Of a stretch of DNA of 64,000 nt, positions 18,000 to 27,625 are shown one piece after another. The stretch comes from Pseudomonadota bacterium (GTDB lineage Bacteria > Pseudomonadota > Gammaproteobacteria > Pseudomonadales > JAUIET01), in assembly GCA_039111475.1 (NCBI GenBank), contig JBCCIP010000020.1:6593-70592 (forward strand). The letters are read 5' to 3'. Each line of letters opens with the position of its first letter. The stretch's first letter is position 1. A program made the translations under genes and the position numbers. Under the pieces are notes generated by a model that had not been told where the DNA came from, ran no database searches, and worked only from the letters and a program-made list of their open reading frames with translations.

Positions 18000-19010
18000 A
18001 TGACTGAATTCGCGCCTGACAGCCGAGCGCTCGCGCCTCTACCTGATTACACTGGAACAGCTGTTTTCCTGGCCGCAAGCGCGGCTATTGGCGCCCTCGC
18101 ATACCTTCTTATTGGCAACTGGATTGCCAGCAATCTGACGCTGAATTTGATGCTGATAACCATAAGTTGCGGCGTAGTGGCTTATTGCGTGCGAACCACC
18201 TTGAATTTGTATCGAGCGAGTGACTTGATGGATACTCTGGATGGAACCGTTGAGTTAGGCCAGCCAAGCCGAACCGAACTGCTGCAACTCAGCGTTCAAG
18301 CACAAAAAGTCAGGAACATACTGGATGTGAAATCACTGCGCGCTATTATTCAAAGCATTCAATCTAGTGGTGACTTTGTTCTTAGCACAGATGTCGTCAT
18401 CAAAATGCGAGCGAACGCGGAAAAAGCCAGCGTCAGTGCCGAACGCTGGACAGATGCTGGCATGCTGATTGTGCCGTTGCTGGCACTGTCTATGGGCGCC
18501 TGGTCTTTCATTACTGACAGCGCAACGGGCAGCGAAAAAAACGCCGCAATCATGAGCCCACTCATGGTGGGGTTTTTATCGGCTAGCTTGCTAGTGCTGC
18601 TCAATAAGCAAAGCCAGCACGCTAGCACACTGTTTGCCAATCACTTACAACACTGGCTAACACTGCGTTCTGCGCAGAGCGGTAAGCAAACACAGGAACT
18701 GTTGACACTGCGCTCCGCTATAAAGCAACTCGAATGCAAATTGACTGAAAACGAACGCTTAATGCAACAGCAGGCCAAGGCGATTGGTTCACTGACTCAG
18801 CGTCACAAGGAATCACAGGAAATAGCCTCCCCCTTGGCGATGCAGAACCAGGAAATAATCCAACAAGCAACGGACACTCATCGGGTTATTACAACCACTC
18901 GGAAAGATGACAGGCAATCATTCTCCCAGAATGCCAGCAATGATGAGAACACCCCACTCGAAATTGTTGGAGGACCAAATAATGGCCAGGACAGAAGCGC
19001 CGCAGCCTAA
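18000..19010 (+). CDS. Membrane protein with coiled-coil tail; divergent paralog of the MotA/SiiB-like protein at 28251-30053
   Basis: Four hydrophobic segments followed by a Q/E/L-rich coiled coil. Aligns by eye with the 28251 protein (SNLTLNLMLI vs TNVVLNSVII; LYRASDLMDTLD vs LWQTSRFMNQLD; NILDVKSL vs RVLDTKNM). Confidence 0.7.
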   Translation: MTEFAPDSRALAPLPDYTGTAVFLAASAAIGALAYLLIGNWIASNLTLNLMLITISCGVVAYCVRTTLNLYRASDLMDTLDGTVELGQPSRTELLQLSVQAQKVRNILDVKSLRAIIQSIQSSGDFVLSTDVVIKMRANAEKASVSAERWTDAGMLIVPLLALSMGAWSFITDSATGSEKNAAIMSPLMVGFLSASLLVLLNKQSQHASTLFANHLQHWLTLRSAQSGKQTQELLTLRSAIKQLECKLTENERLMQQQAKAIGSLTQRHKESQEIASPLAMQNQEIIQQATDTHRVITTTRKDDRQSFSQNASNDENTPLEIVGGPNNGQDRSAAA

Positions 19011-19046
19011 TTACGACGGCGACAACGCAATCATTTGTGCTGGCGC

Positions 19047-19061
19047 TTAACTGTCAGTTAA
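19047..19061. promoter_or_regulatory. Perfect palindrome upstream of the DHH phosphoesterase gene
   Basis: TTAACTG-T-CAGTTAA. Confidence 0.4.
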
Positions 19062-19192
19062 ATTAGCTCAAATTTGTAGCATTTTTGTGATCTGGTTTTG
19101 GCCTGATTGCGACGCGTTTGCTAATTTTTAAAGAACGATTCAACGTTATGCTCAAAAGATTGAGCAATTATCGTCAGGGAGAGGACAATAAC

Positions 19193-20143
19193 ATGGCAGC
19201 CAAGTATCGATTGGTAACACGCAGCGATTTTGATGGATTGGTCTGTGGCGTACTGCTTAAGCATTTGGACATGATCGAAGAGATTAAATTCGTGCATCCA
19301 AAAGACATGCAGGACGGCAAGATTGAGATCACAAACAACGACATCACAACCAACCTGCCCTATGTTCCAGATGCTCATCTCTGTTTTGATCATCACGCCA
19401 GTGAGCTGATACGCTACCCTGGACAATACGAAAATTATATTATCGAAGCCGATACACCATCCGCTGCTCGAGTGGTGTTCAACTTCTATGGTGGATTCGA
19501 CACTTTTCCTAAGGACTGGGAAGATATGATGGAAGCGGTAGATAAAGCCGATTCCGCCCAATACACTCAGCGCGAAGTGCTTGAGCCTCGCAATTGGGAA
19601 CTGTTGAATTTTTTGATGGATTCCCGCACCGGGCTTGGCCGCTTCAGAGAATTCCGAATATCTAACTACAACTTGATGATGGATCTAATCGATTATTGTA
19701 AAGACACCTCGATAGAAGAAATTATTAAGCTGCAAGACGTAAAGGAAAGGGTAGACCTATACTTCGAGCACGAAGAAAAGTTCAAGGCTCAGCTGCAACG
19801 TTGCGCATCAGTTCACGGCAATCTGATAGTACTGGATCTGCGCGATGAACCCATCATCTATGCTGGCAATCGCTTTATGATTTATGCAATGTATCCTCAA
19901 TGTGACATTTCGATTCATGTCATCTGGGGATTGAAGCAACAAAACACGGTATTTGCGACTGGTAAATCAATTTTTGATCGTGGTTGCCAAACGAATATTG
20001 GTGAGCTTATGTTACAGTACGGCGGTGGTGGCCATCACGCTGCTGGAACCTGCCAGGTACCTAATGATCAAGCAACCGAAACGCTCACTGAGTTGATTGC
20101 GGCGATCAATGCAGAACACTATTTGAAAGCAGGGAATGATTAG
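19193..20143 (+). CDS. DHH/DHHA1 phosphoesterase ('exopolyphosphatase-like'; PggH-like pGpG phosphodiesterase)
   Basis: YRLVTRSDFDGLVC; FVHPKDMQDG; FDHH; AVDKADSA; GGGGHHAAGTCQ; RBS GGAGAGGA before ATG 19193. Confidence 0.85.
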   Translation: MAAKYRLVTRSDFDGLVCGVLLKHLDMIEEIKFVHPKDMQDGKIEITNNDITTNLPYVPDAHLCFDHHASELIRYPGQYENYIIEADTPSAARVVFNFYGGFDTFPKDWEDMMEAVDKADSAQYTQREVLEPRNWELLNFLMDSRTGLGRFREFRISNYNLMMDLIDYCKDTSIEEIIKLQDVKERVDLYFEHEEKFKAQLQRCASVHGNLIVLDLRDEPIIYAGNRFMIYAMYPQCDISIHVIWGLKQQNTVFATGKSIFDRGCQTNIGELMLQYGGGGHHAAGTCQVPNDQATETLTELIAAINAEHYLKAGND

Positions 20144-20166
20144 CACGATAAACCTAAGATATTCGA

Positions 20167-21042
20167 TTGCAAACACTTGAGTCAGAGCACCTTATTTGCC
20201 GCGTCAGCCCACACGGCGCCGAGCTTCAATCCCTGTTACTAAAAGCGAATGCCGAAGAACTGATCTGGCAGGGTAATCCAACCGTTTGGAGTGGTCGAGC
20301 GCCCATTCTTTTTCCAATTGTAGGCGCATTGCGAAATTTGCCAAAGCTGCACAAAAAAGGCGCTGTCATGCTGCCCAAGCATGGCTTTGCGAGAACCCAA
20401 CGATTTCAACTCATTGAGCAAAGAGACGCGTTGGCTAGGTATTCGCTTACATCCAATGCCGAAACGCTGAAACTCTACCCGTGGCATTTTGAACTGCAGG
20501 TGTGTTTCGAACTGATGTCAGATCGACTGGCCATTCATTACGAAGTACGAAACAAATACGAAAGCGAACTCTTGTTCAATCTGGGCTCTCATCCAGCCTT
20601 CCGCCTACCGCTGGAAAATAGCACTTTGTCTGACTACTCGATTCAATTCGACCAACCCGAAAACCTGGAACTTTATTCAGTCACTCCAGAGGGATTGCTT
20701 GATCCCAGCGCTACGAAATACGCGCTTAGCAGCAGTCGGATCGAGCTCTCAGAAACTATATTTAATAATGACGCGCTGGTTTTCAAAAACATCAATTCAA
20801 CACACATCAGCCTGTTACACCGTAGCCAGGGAACTCGTTTAAGCGTCGCAACAGGCAGTGCTCCACACATTGGTATTTGGGCAAAACCCGGCGCACAGTT
20901 CGTATGCATTGAACCGTGGTGGGGGCACGCAGATTTCAGCGATGCCAATAGCGAATTTGCTCAAAAATCGTCTATTCAGTCGTTGCTGCGTGGAAACGTG
21001 TTTTCAACCAGCATCGAAATTAGACCTTCAATCGCCGGCTAA
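20167..21042 (+). CDS. Aldose 1-epimerase family protein (LacX-like)
   Basis: GAELQSL; WSGRAPILFPIVG; HGFAR; YPWHF; GSHPAF; FVCIEPW. Confidence 0.9.
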   Translation: MQTLESEHLICRVSPHGAELQSLLLKANAEELIWQGNPTVWSGRAPILFPIVGALRNLPKLHKKGAVMLPKHGFARTQRFQLIEQRDALARYSLTSNAETLKLYPWHFELQVCFELMSDRLAIHYEVRNKYESELLFNLGSHPAFRLPLENSTLSDYSIQFDQPENLELYSVTPEGLLDPSATKYALSSSRIELSETIFNNDALVFKNINSTHISLLHRSQGTRLSVATGSAPHIGIWAKPGAQFVCIEPWWGHADFSDANSEFAQKSSIQSLLRGNVFSTSIEIRPSIAG

Positions 21043-21131
21043 GCGACGCAACTGACTTGCGAGAAAAGCAGTCACCCTTCCTAATATCTGACGACTAAGC
21101 TATGCTGTAAGCAATCTACCGGGGGAATAAT

Positions 21132-22430
21132 ATGATGCGTACAGGTGAAGCAAAACGTAATGATGCTAATGCACCGTCACGAAATATTCGAAAAGATTAT
21201 CCCTTCGAATTCACCGGCGAAACTGGGGAGTACTTCAGAATATGGATTGTCAACATTCTCCTCACTATTGTGACGCTGGGAATCTACTCTGCGTGGGCAA
21301 AAGTGCGAAATCATCGCTACTTTTATGGCAACACTGTTCTGGATGGTTCGGCGTTTGAGTACACAGCCGATCCTATTAAAATACTTCGCGGCCGCATCAT
21401 CGCCGTCGCCGTACTGATCGCCTACCAAAGCGCAGGGCTTGTATCAACAAGCGCCAGTATTATAGCGTTTGCGCTATTGATGGTTATTATGCCGGCAATG
21501 ATCGTTCTGGCTTTGCGATTTCGCATGCGCTATACGAGTTGGCGTAATATTCCTTTCAGTTTCATTCCGAATTTCAAAATGGCCTACCTGCTTTTCGGCC
21601 TGCCAATGTTGCTCGGATTAGCCATGATCGCGACAACTGTCAGCTTTGAAAGCGACATGATGGATATGGGTTTTGACCCCGACACCGGAGCCTATGAGCA
21701 ATCCTTACAATCAAACAATGAGCCTAGCGATGAAGGAACAGAAGATACAGATACATCGACAGAATCTGACGAAGAAAACCAGGGAATGACACCAGAGCAA
21801 GCTGCTGCATTGGAAGAAATGGGCATGCAATTCTTGTGGGTCTTTGGCGGTCTAATGTTGCTTTTCTGGGTTTTTTACCCTTTGTGGCTGCGCTTTTATT
21901 ACAAGTTTGTTGCTGATCACACTCGCTACGGACGCACGCAGCTTCGCTTTCTTGCAACAGTCGCTGAATTTTATTCGATATACGTCATCGCAGCACTACT
22001 GCTTGTGGCAGCCATTGCAGTTTTGGCTCTACTGATTGGTGCGTTCAACACGCTCGGAATAGGTGACGAAAATCTGGCTGGAATGACCGGTGGCGTGATA
22101 GGTGTATTGGCATTCCTACTTGTACAATCGTATATTCAAACGCAGCGTGCGAATATTGTGTACAGCAACATCGAATTGGAAGATATTGGTTTTCGCAGCG
22201 AATTGAAAGTCAGCACAATGGCCTGGCTGTACATTAGCAATACGGTAGCAATTATCGTCTCACTCGGCTTAATGATACCTTGGGCAAAAATTCGTGTGGC
22301 AAGATACAGAGCAAGCACAATGACTTTGTACGCCAATAACTTCGACGAGTTTCAAGCGCGCGCTGCGGCTGAGGTAGACGCTGAGGGCGCAGAAATTAGT
22401 GACTTTATGGACTTTGATCTTGGACTCTGA
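21132..22430 (+). CDS. YjgN/DUF898 family inner membrane protein
   Basis: FEFTG..GEYFRIWIVNILLTIVTLGIYSAWAKVR..RYFYGNT; SLGLMIPWAKIR; ends in DFDLGL. Confidence 0.9.
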   Translation: MMRTGEAKRNDANAPSRNIRKDYPFEFTGETGEYFRIWIVNILLTIVTLGIYSAWAKVRNHRYFYGNTVLDGSAFEYTADPIKILRGRIIAVAVLIAYQSAGLVSTSASIIAFALLMVIMPAMIVLALRFRMRYTSWRNIPFSFIPNFKMAYLLFGLPMLLGLAMIATTVSFESDMMDMGFDPDTGAYEQSLQSNNEPSDEGTEDTDTSTESDEENQGMTPEQAAALEEMGMQFLWVFGGLMLLFWVFYPLWLRFYYKFVADHTRYGRTQLRFLATVAEFYSIYVIAALLLVAAIAVLALLIGAFNTLGIGDENLAGMTGGVIGVLAFLLVQSYIQTQRANIVYSNIELEDIGFRSELKVSTMAWLYISNTVAIIVSLGLMIPWAKIRVARYRASTMTLYANNFDEFQARAAAEVDAEGAEISDFMDFDLGL

Positions 22431-23481
22431 CCTCGGACCCGACCGTCACAGACAAATAACGGGCTATCTGTATGACGGACAAACGTCAGGTCGCAGCAGA
22501 ATAACTCTGGTAGTTGATGACCAAGGTAAAGTGTCTTGTGCTCAAGCTGATTTCGCCGACATTGAGTTTATCGATGTAGGGGTTTCATCTAGAGTTGGGA
22601 ACTCAGCGCGCTATCTTACTCTGGGCCAAGGCCGCCGCTTCGAAACACTAGACAATGAGGTAGTGGACCAGCTTTGCGACCGGTGGCATACAGCAAATCA
22701 TGGCTTGGCTGATCGGCTGGAACGCAATATGAAACTGGTCGTTGTGGCTATCCTTGTGATAAGTGTGGGCAGCGTCTCATTTGTTCGCTATGGTATACCG
22801 GCACTGAGCAAGCCGATTGCGGCAATGATACCGGAATCTTTCGATCAACACCTTGGTCAACAAACACTGGATTCCATGGACGGTGTGTTCTTTCAGATCA
22901 GTAAGGTTGATGACGCGCGGCAACAAACGCTGCGGCAGCGCTTTCAGGAACTGCTGCCAGCAGAAGCCTCTGGGGAACAGCAATTCCGACTGTTGTTTCG
23001 CTCTGCGCGCGGTATGCCAAATGCATTAGCCCTTCCCGATGGAACCGTTATTCTCACCGACGAGTTGGTCAAGTTAGCTGACAACGACGAGCAGTTGATC
23101 AGCATTCTACTGCATGAAATTGCTCATGTTAAACAACGCCATTCCATACAAATGCTAGTGCGTCAAACTGGCTTGTCTGTGTTGATTCTACTAATCACTG
23201 GAGACGTTAGCACCGCCAGTTCAACCGTGTTGCTGCTACCTGCTTGGATAGCGCAAGCCAGTTATTCGCAAGGCCTTGAAACGGCTGCCGACACCTATGC
23301 TCTGGAATACATGAACACACACGGTATGGATACCAACGCATTTGCTGATATCATGGAAAAACTCGGTGCTGTTGGTGAAAGCGCGGTGGAGCATGATAAA
23401 CAAGAGTCGAGCATCCTCGATTACCTATCCAGCCACCCGGCAACGCAACAACGCATCAAACGATTCAGAACAGAGAAATAA
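22399..23481 (+). CDS. M48 family zinc metallopeptidase (usual partner of YjgN)
   Basis: PNALALPDG; LLHEIAHV (HExxH); YSQGLETAAD; YLSSHP. The true start may be slightly downstream. Confidence 0.9.
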   Translation: MTLWTLILDSDLGPDRHRQITGYLYDGQTSGRSRITLVVDDQGKVSCAQADFADIEFIDVGVSSRVGNSARYLTLGQGRRFETLDNEVVDQLCDRWHTANHGLADRLERNMKLVVVAILVISVGSVSFVRYGIPALSKPIAAMIPESFDQHLGQQTLDSMDGVFFQISKVDDARQQTLRQRFQELLPAEASGEQQFRLLFRSARGMPNALALPDGTVILTDELVKLADNDEQLISILLHEIAHVKQRHSIQMLVRQTGLSVLILLITGDVSTASSTVLLLPAWIAQASYSQGLETAADTYALEYMNTHGMDTNAFADIMEKLGAVGESAVEHDKQESSILDYLSSHPATQQRIKRFRTEK

Positions 23482-23483
23482 TA

Positions 23484-24152
23484 ATGAACGAGGGCTCGTT
23501 TCAACTTAGCAACGACGATTTGCTTAGAACCACCCGTGCCGTTCGAAAACGCCTGGATTATGATAGATCCGTCAGCAGAGAGCTCATACAAGAATGTATG
23601 GAACTGGCGGTGCAAGCCCCCAACGGTGGTAACTTAAATAGCTGGCGTTGGATAGTCATTGATGATCCGGCAGTAATCTCCCAGATCGCCGACATTTACA
23701 ATGGCGGCCTGGATGATTTTATCGCAACCTTTGATGATACAGGCTATGTTGGGGCGCACGTGCCCGGAGCTGAACGTATAGAAACGTCAACACAGCATCT
23801 GCGCGATAATTTTCACCGGCTTCCGGCGGTTTTATTGCCACTGGTCTCGGGGCGAGCGGATCAAGCAGCGGGGCATTCGGGCGCGGTATTTTGGCAGGCA
23901 GGGATGTGGGGTTCGATTATTCAGGCTGTTTGGAGCTTTATGTTAGCGCTGCGATCACGGGGATTGGGTAGCGCGTGGACCACCGGCCATCTTTGGCGTG
24001 AGAAAGAGTTGGCCGATCTTTTGTCTATACCTTATGACCGATATACGCAGGTAGGCCTGTTTCCAATCGCGTATACGCTAGGTACCGAGTTCAAGCCAGC
24101 GCATCGAGAACCATTGGAAACTGTGCTGAGCTGGAACACCTTTGAGGGCTGA
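23484..24152 (+). CDS. Nitroreductase family protein
   Basis: LRTTRAVRKRLD; QAPNGGN..W; SFMLALRSRGLGSAWT. Confidence 0.9.
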   Translation: MNEGSFQLSNDDLLRTTRAVRKRLDYDRSVSRELIQECMELAVQAPNGGNLNSWRWIVIDDPAVISQIADIYNGGLDDFIATFDDTGYVGAHVPGAERIETSTQHLRDNFHRLPAVLLPLVSGRADQAAGHSGAVFWQAGMWGSIIQAVWSFMLALRSRGLGSAWTTGHLWREKELADLLSIPYDRYTQVGLFPIAYTLGTEFKPAHREPLETVLSWNTFEG

Positions 24153-24153
24153 T

Positions 24154-24570
24154 ATGACCAATAAAGAAGCCGTAGAAATTCTGTTCTCAACGCTCTGGAC
24201 TGATCCACAAAAAGCGAGAAGCGTATGTACAGACGATGTCACCTGGATCACCACACGATCAATGCCCATTCCCGGTAACGAAGAGAGTATTTGTCACACG
24301 GGATTCGACGCCGTACTCAATGTTGCCAATAGCGGCAAGCAGGTGGATAACGGTTACTTGCCTGAAACCGTTGAGTACCCACATCAACAGTTGCTTGATG
24401 CAGAAAACGATCATGTCATCTATCAATTTACCATGCAGTGCAAAACCAAAAAAGGCACCGAATATCTCAACGACTATTTGTTCCTGGTTAAACTACGCGA
24501 TGGCAAAGTACAACGCATGCAGGAGTATTGGGATTCAAAGCAAGCATTCGATTTAATTTTTGGCGGATAA
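24154..24570 (+). CDS. SnoaL/NTF2-like protein
   Basis: TDDVTW; YLNDYLF...RDGKV..MQEYWDS. Confidence 0.82.
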   Translation: MTNKEAVEILFSTLWTDPQKARSVCTDDVTWITTRSMPIPGNEESICHTGFDAVLNVANSGKQVDNGYLPETVEYPHQQLLDAENDHVIYQFTMQCKTKKGTEYLNDYLFLVKLRDGKVQRMQEYWDSKQAFDLIFGG

Positions 24571-24669
24571 ATGCTAAATGGCGTTAGCACTTGACGATCA
24601 CTACTGGACTCCTGACGTACTGCCTGGTCTGAGTTGGCGAGAACCGCCAACACAAACCAGCGTCAACTC

Positions 24670-25092
24670 TTACTTGAACAAGCCCTTGGCTAAGCCGGCA
24701 ACAGCGCCAAGCCCGCCTACGGAATCAAGCAAGCTACCTCCACTGCTGGATTTATCCACCATCTGAGGCAAGGCTTCTTGCAATCCAGACAGTACTGAAC
24801 CTTCATCACTGTTCAGCGCTGATGCAAGCTGGCCGATTTTGTCACCGCCCAGCAGGTCTTGAAGCTGGTTTGTTGAGATACCTTCATTCGCACCGTCGCC
24901 TAACCATGAGCCAACCACGTCGGCAAGCCCACCCTCCTGAAGACCACTGATAATACTGGCGTAATCAAGACCACCACCATCACCGCCCAACACGCCTTCC
25001 AGTGCAGACTTTACGGTATCGGTGTCAGCTGAGGCTCCGCCACCCTGCAATTTCTGGCTTAGAATCTCAGCGCCCATTTTCATAATATCCAT
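24670..25092 (-). CDS. YidB/DUF937 family protein
   Basis: GGLADVVGSWLGDGANEGIS..QLQDLLG; LPQMVDKSS. Start placed at MDIMK behind GGAG. Confidence 0.88.
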   Translation of the reverse strand: MDIMKMGAEILSQKLQGGGASADTDTVKSALEGVLGGDGGGLDYASIISGLQEGGLADVVGSWLGDGANEGISTNQLQDLLGGDKIGQLASALNSDEGSVLSGLQEALPQMVDKSSSGGSLLDSVGGLGAVAGLAKGLFK

Positions 25093-25200
25093 AGTCTTCT
25101 CCACGTGCATACCACCACCATCATCGCTTGAGAGCTTATTTCAGGCAAGTAAAACATCATCAATTCGCGGGGTTGAAAAATTGGCACGTGTACAATAGCC

Positions 25201-26142
25201 GTGATGGACAAACCATTAACAGCATACCAGGCCTGCTTCGTTGTGAAGGATGTAGGGGCCGCCGTAAAGTTCTGCAGCGAACAGCTTGGGTGGGGTCCGT
25301 TTCAGCATTTCAAAATCCCCACCTCAAACGCGCAGTACCGAGATTGGCGTGGGAACAAGCTTACCGAGGTAGCTCTTGGTATGGCCGGCCGTGCTCAGAT
25401 AGAGCTAATCCACGTGCACAGCGGCCAGGACGCCATACAGCAATACCAGTCGCGACTGGGAACAGGCTTGCAGCACCTGGGTGTGCTTTGCCAATCAACA
25501 GATGATGCTCTGGAGCACGTCGGTGCATTAGGTGCTGTTCTGAATGATCGCAATCAATACGGCGAAATTACGTTTTCGTTTATTGATGTGCCACAGGGTC
25601 CTGCCTTGATTGAATTATTGGAGCGCGGAGAGCAAGGACTCCCCAGTGCAAAATCCACAGATGAGCACGGTACTACCATTGGCAAAACGGTACAAGGCAG
25701 GCATGCAAGACTTTTGCTCGATAGGGCGACACTGGTAACCACCGAAATCGAATCGGCCGCTGCGTTTTACGGCAAAAGTTTTGATCAGGAATTTATCAGC
25801 ATCACTGACGACACGCTTCGCTACTCTGCGACAGCACTAACAGCGCCAACATCGTCATCGGCCTCTTGCGATGTTCGGGCCAGACGCTGCCTGATTGATG
25901 CGGGCGTATTGGAAATCGAGCTTATTCAATTGCTTGAAGACGATCCGCATCTTTACAGCAAGCAACTTGAACGCGCAACGCGACATGGCGGGCACGGTTT
26001 GGTTCATGTGGGTGGTCGTGACTGCACAAAGCTTGATATACCCAGAAACCAAAGAATAGAGGGTGAATGGCTTGAATGCAGAGAAGTCTTCAGCGTCTTT
26101 ACTGGACCCGACGAACTCTCCAGCATCCAAATTCGGCACTAA
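25201..26142 (+). CDS. VOC/glyoxalase (methylmalonyl-CoA epimerase-like) protein with two tandem VOC halves
   Basis: YQACFVVKD...LGWGPF; QIELI; GLQHLG; second half EIELIQ...GHGLVHVG. Confidence 0.78.
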   Translation: MMDKPLTAYQACFVVKDVGAAVKFCSEQLGWGPFQHFKIPTSNAQYRDWRGNKLTEVALGMAGRAQIELIHVHSGQDAIQQYQSRLGTGLQHLGVLCQSTDDALEHVGALGAVLNDRNQYGEITFSFIDVPQGPALIELLERGEQGLPSAKSTDEHGTTIGKTVQGRHARLLLDRATLVTTEIESAAAFYGKSFDQEFISITDDTLRYSATALTAPTSSSASCDVRARRCLIDAGVLEIELIQLLEDDPHLYSKQLERATRHGGHGLVHVGGRDCTKLDIPRNQRIEGEWLECREVFSVFTGPDELSSIQIRH

Positions 26143-26158
26143 CTGCGGCGCGAGCGAG

Positions 26159-27625
26159 CTATTGCGCAGCAGCGTTGCCAGGAGCGGTAATAAAATTACC
26201 CTGGCTTGCACTGATCAGCTCTGTCACCCGACCTGAGTCCAGCAACAGTTCGAAATAGCTGCGATAAATCTCACTTCTAATTCGATGCGCGTCAGCCTGG
26301 GCGTTGAACAAGCGCTCCTCAACATCAATCAGTTCGATAATATTGATCTCGCCCAGCTCAAGGTTCTTCCGGTTCAACCGCTGCAATTCTTTATTGGATG
26401 CGATCTCATCCAGAGTTGCGCTCAAGGTAATTTGCTGAGCGTTGATCTGATTGAATGACAGTTTGATGCGGCGATCTAGCTCTTTTAACAAGCGGCTTTC
26501 TTCATGTTGCAGTTCGCGCAGCCGTGCTTCCGCGCGGTGTACTCCGTTGCGGCGGCTAAAGCCGTCCCATAACAGATAGTTCAGATTCAACTTCGCCTCG
26601 TAATTACCTCGGGAATCTCCATGGCCTCCTTCATCCGCAATCACGTTGGAACGCAGCTCCAAATTAAACTGTGGGCGAAACTTGCCGCGTTCTGCACGCA
26701 CTCGGTAGTTTTCGGCACTGCGATTGGTACGGTTCAACAATAACTCACTGTTGTCTTTGTAACCGTCTTCCAGATACGCGTCCAAGCGTGGAAGATCAAG
26801 ATCAGCTACGTCAAATGGCGCCATGGCCATAAACGGCGGTAGATCACCGGTTAGAAACTCGAGGTTACTCAAGGCGTCATTCAGCGAGGCAATCGTATTC
26901 CCAGTCTCCGCCCGCGCCGAGGCCAGCCTGGCCCTCGCGAAGTCCAATTCAACCTTACTCGCTGCACCGGCATCGTGCATCAGGTTGAGCTTTTTGGTTA
27001 GCGCCTGCATTTCTGTGATAAAGCTTTCGGCTTCACGGCGAGCAAGCTGAAACTGAAGAACCGACGAATAGAATTCAACAGCGTCATTGAGTACATCTTC
27101 AGTGATTATTCTGGTCTCCAACATAGTGGAGCGTTTGACCGCTTGCCGGCGGCGCAACTCTGATTTCGCAACGCCACCATCGTAAAGCAGCTTGGTGATG
27201 CGCAAGGTAACGTTGCGACCTGGTGTTGTATCAACAATTCGATCTGTATTGGCGGAAGGGTCATTGTATTCCGGACCCCACTGGCCAACCAGATCGGCCT
27301 CACCATATTTGTACGCCTTGCCCTGTTTAACCAGATATTCAGCTTGATCTTCCCTTGCCAGCGCCATATTAATATCTGGATTGTTCGCCAACGCAAGCTC
27401 AATAATTTCCTCAAAGCCTAATACCGGTGCTACCGTGCTGCCGTCTGCAGGAATTTTATTGACGTAGTCAGCTACCAGCAGATCACTGGCAGTAACGGGC
27501 ATGATACCCAAGGTTTCTTGCGCTACTGCTTCAGGCGCGTTTAGCGCACTCAAGCAGACAGCGGCAAAAATCGCCGTTGAAAGTCTACTTGCTCGCTTTG
27601 CGGAACTGCAGCTTAGCCCAGTCAT
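26159..27625 (-). CDS. TolC family outer membrane channel of the T1SS (SiiC/LapE-equivalent)
   Basis: Signal peptide; LALANNPDI; LYDGG; GAASKVELDFA; FRPQFNL; LWDGF; ELIDVE..LFNAQ. Last gene of the T1SS cluster. Confidence 0.92.
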   Translation of the reverse strand: MTGLSCSSAKRASRLSTAIFAAVCLSALNAPEAVAQETLGIMPVTASDLLVADYVNKIPADGSTVAPVLGFEEIIELALANNPDINMALAREDQAEYLVKQGKAYKYGEADLVGQWGPEYNDPSANTDRIVDTTPGRNVTLRITKLLYDGGVAKSELRRRQAVKRSTMLETRIITEDVLNDAVEFYSSVLQFQLARREAESFITEMQALTKKLNLMHDAGAASKVELDFARARLASARAETGNTIASLNDALSNLEFLTGDLPPFMAMAPFDVADLDLPRLDAYLEDGYKDNSELLLNRTNRSAENYRVRAERGKFRPQFNLELRSNVIADEGGHGDSRGNYEAKLNLNYLLWDGFSRRNGVHRAEARLRELQHEESRLLKELDRRIKLSFNQINAQQITLSATLDEIASNKELQRLNRKNLELGEINIIELIDVEERLFNAQADAHRIRSEIYRSYFELLLDSGRVTELISASQGNFITAPGNAAAQ

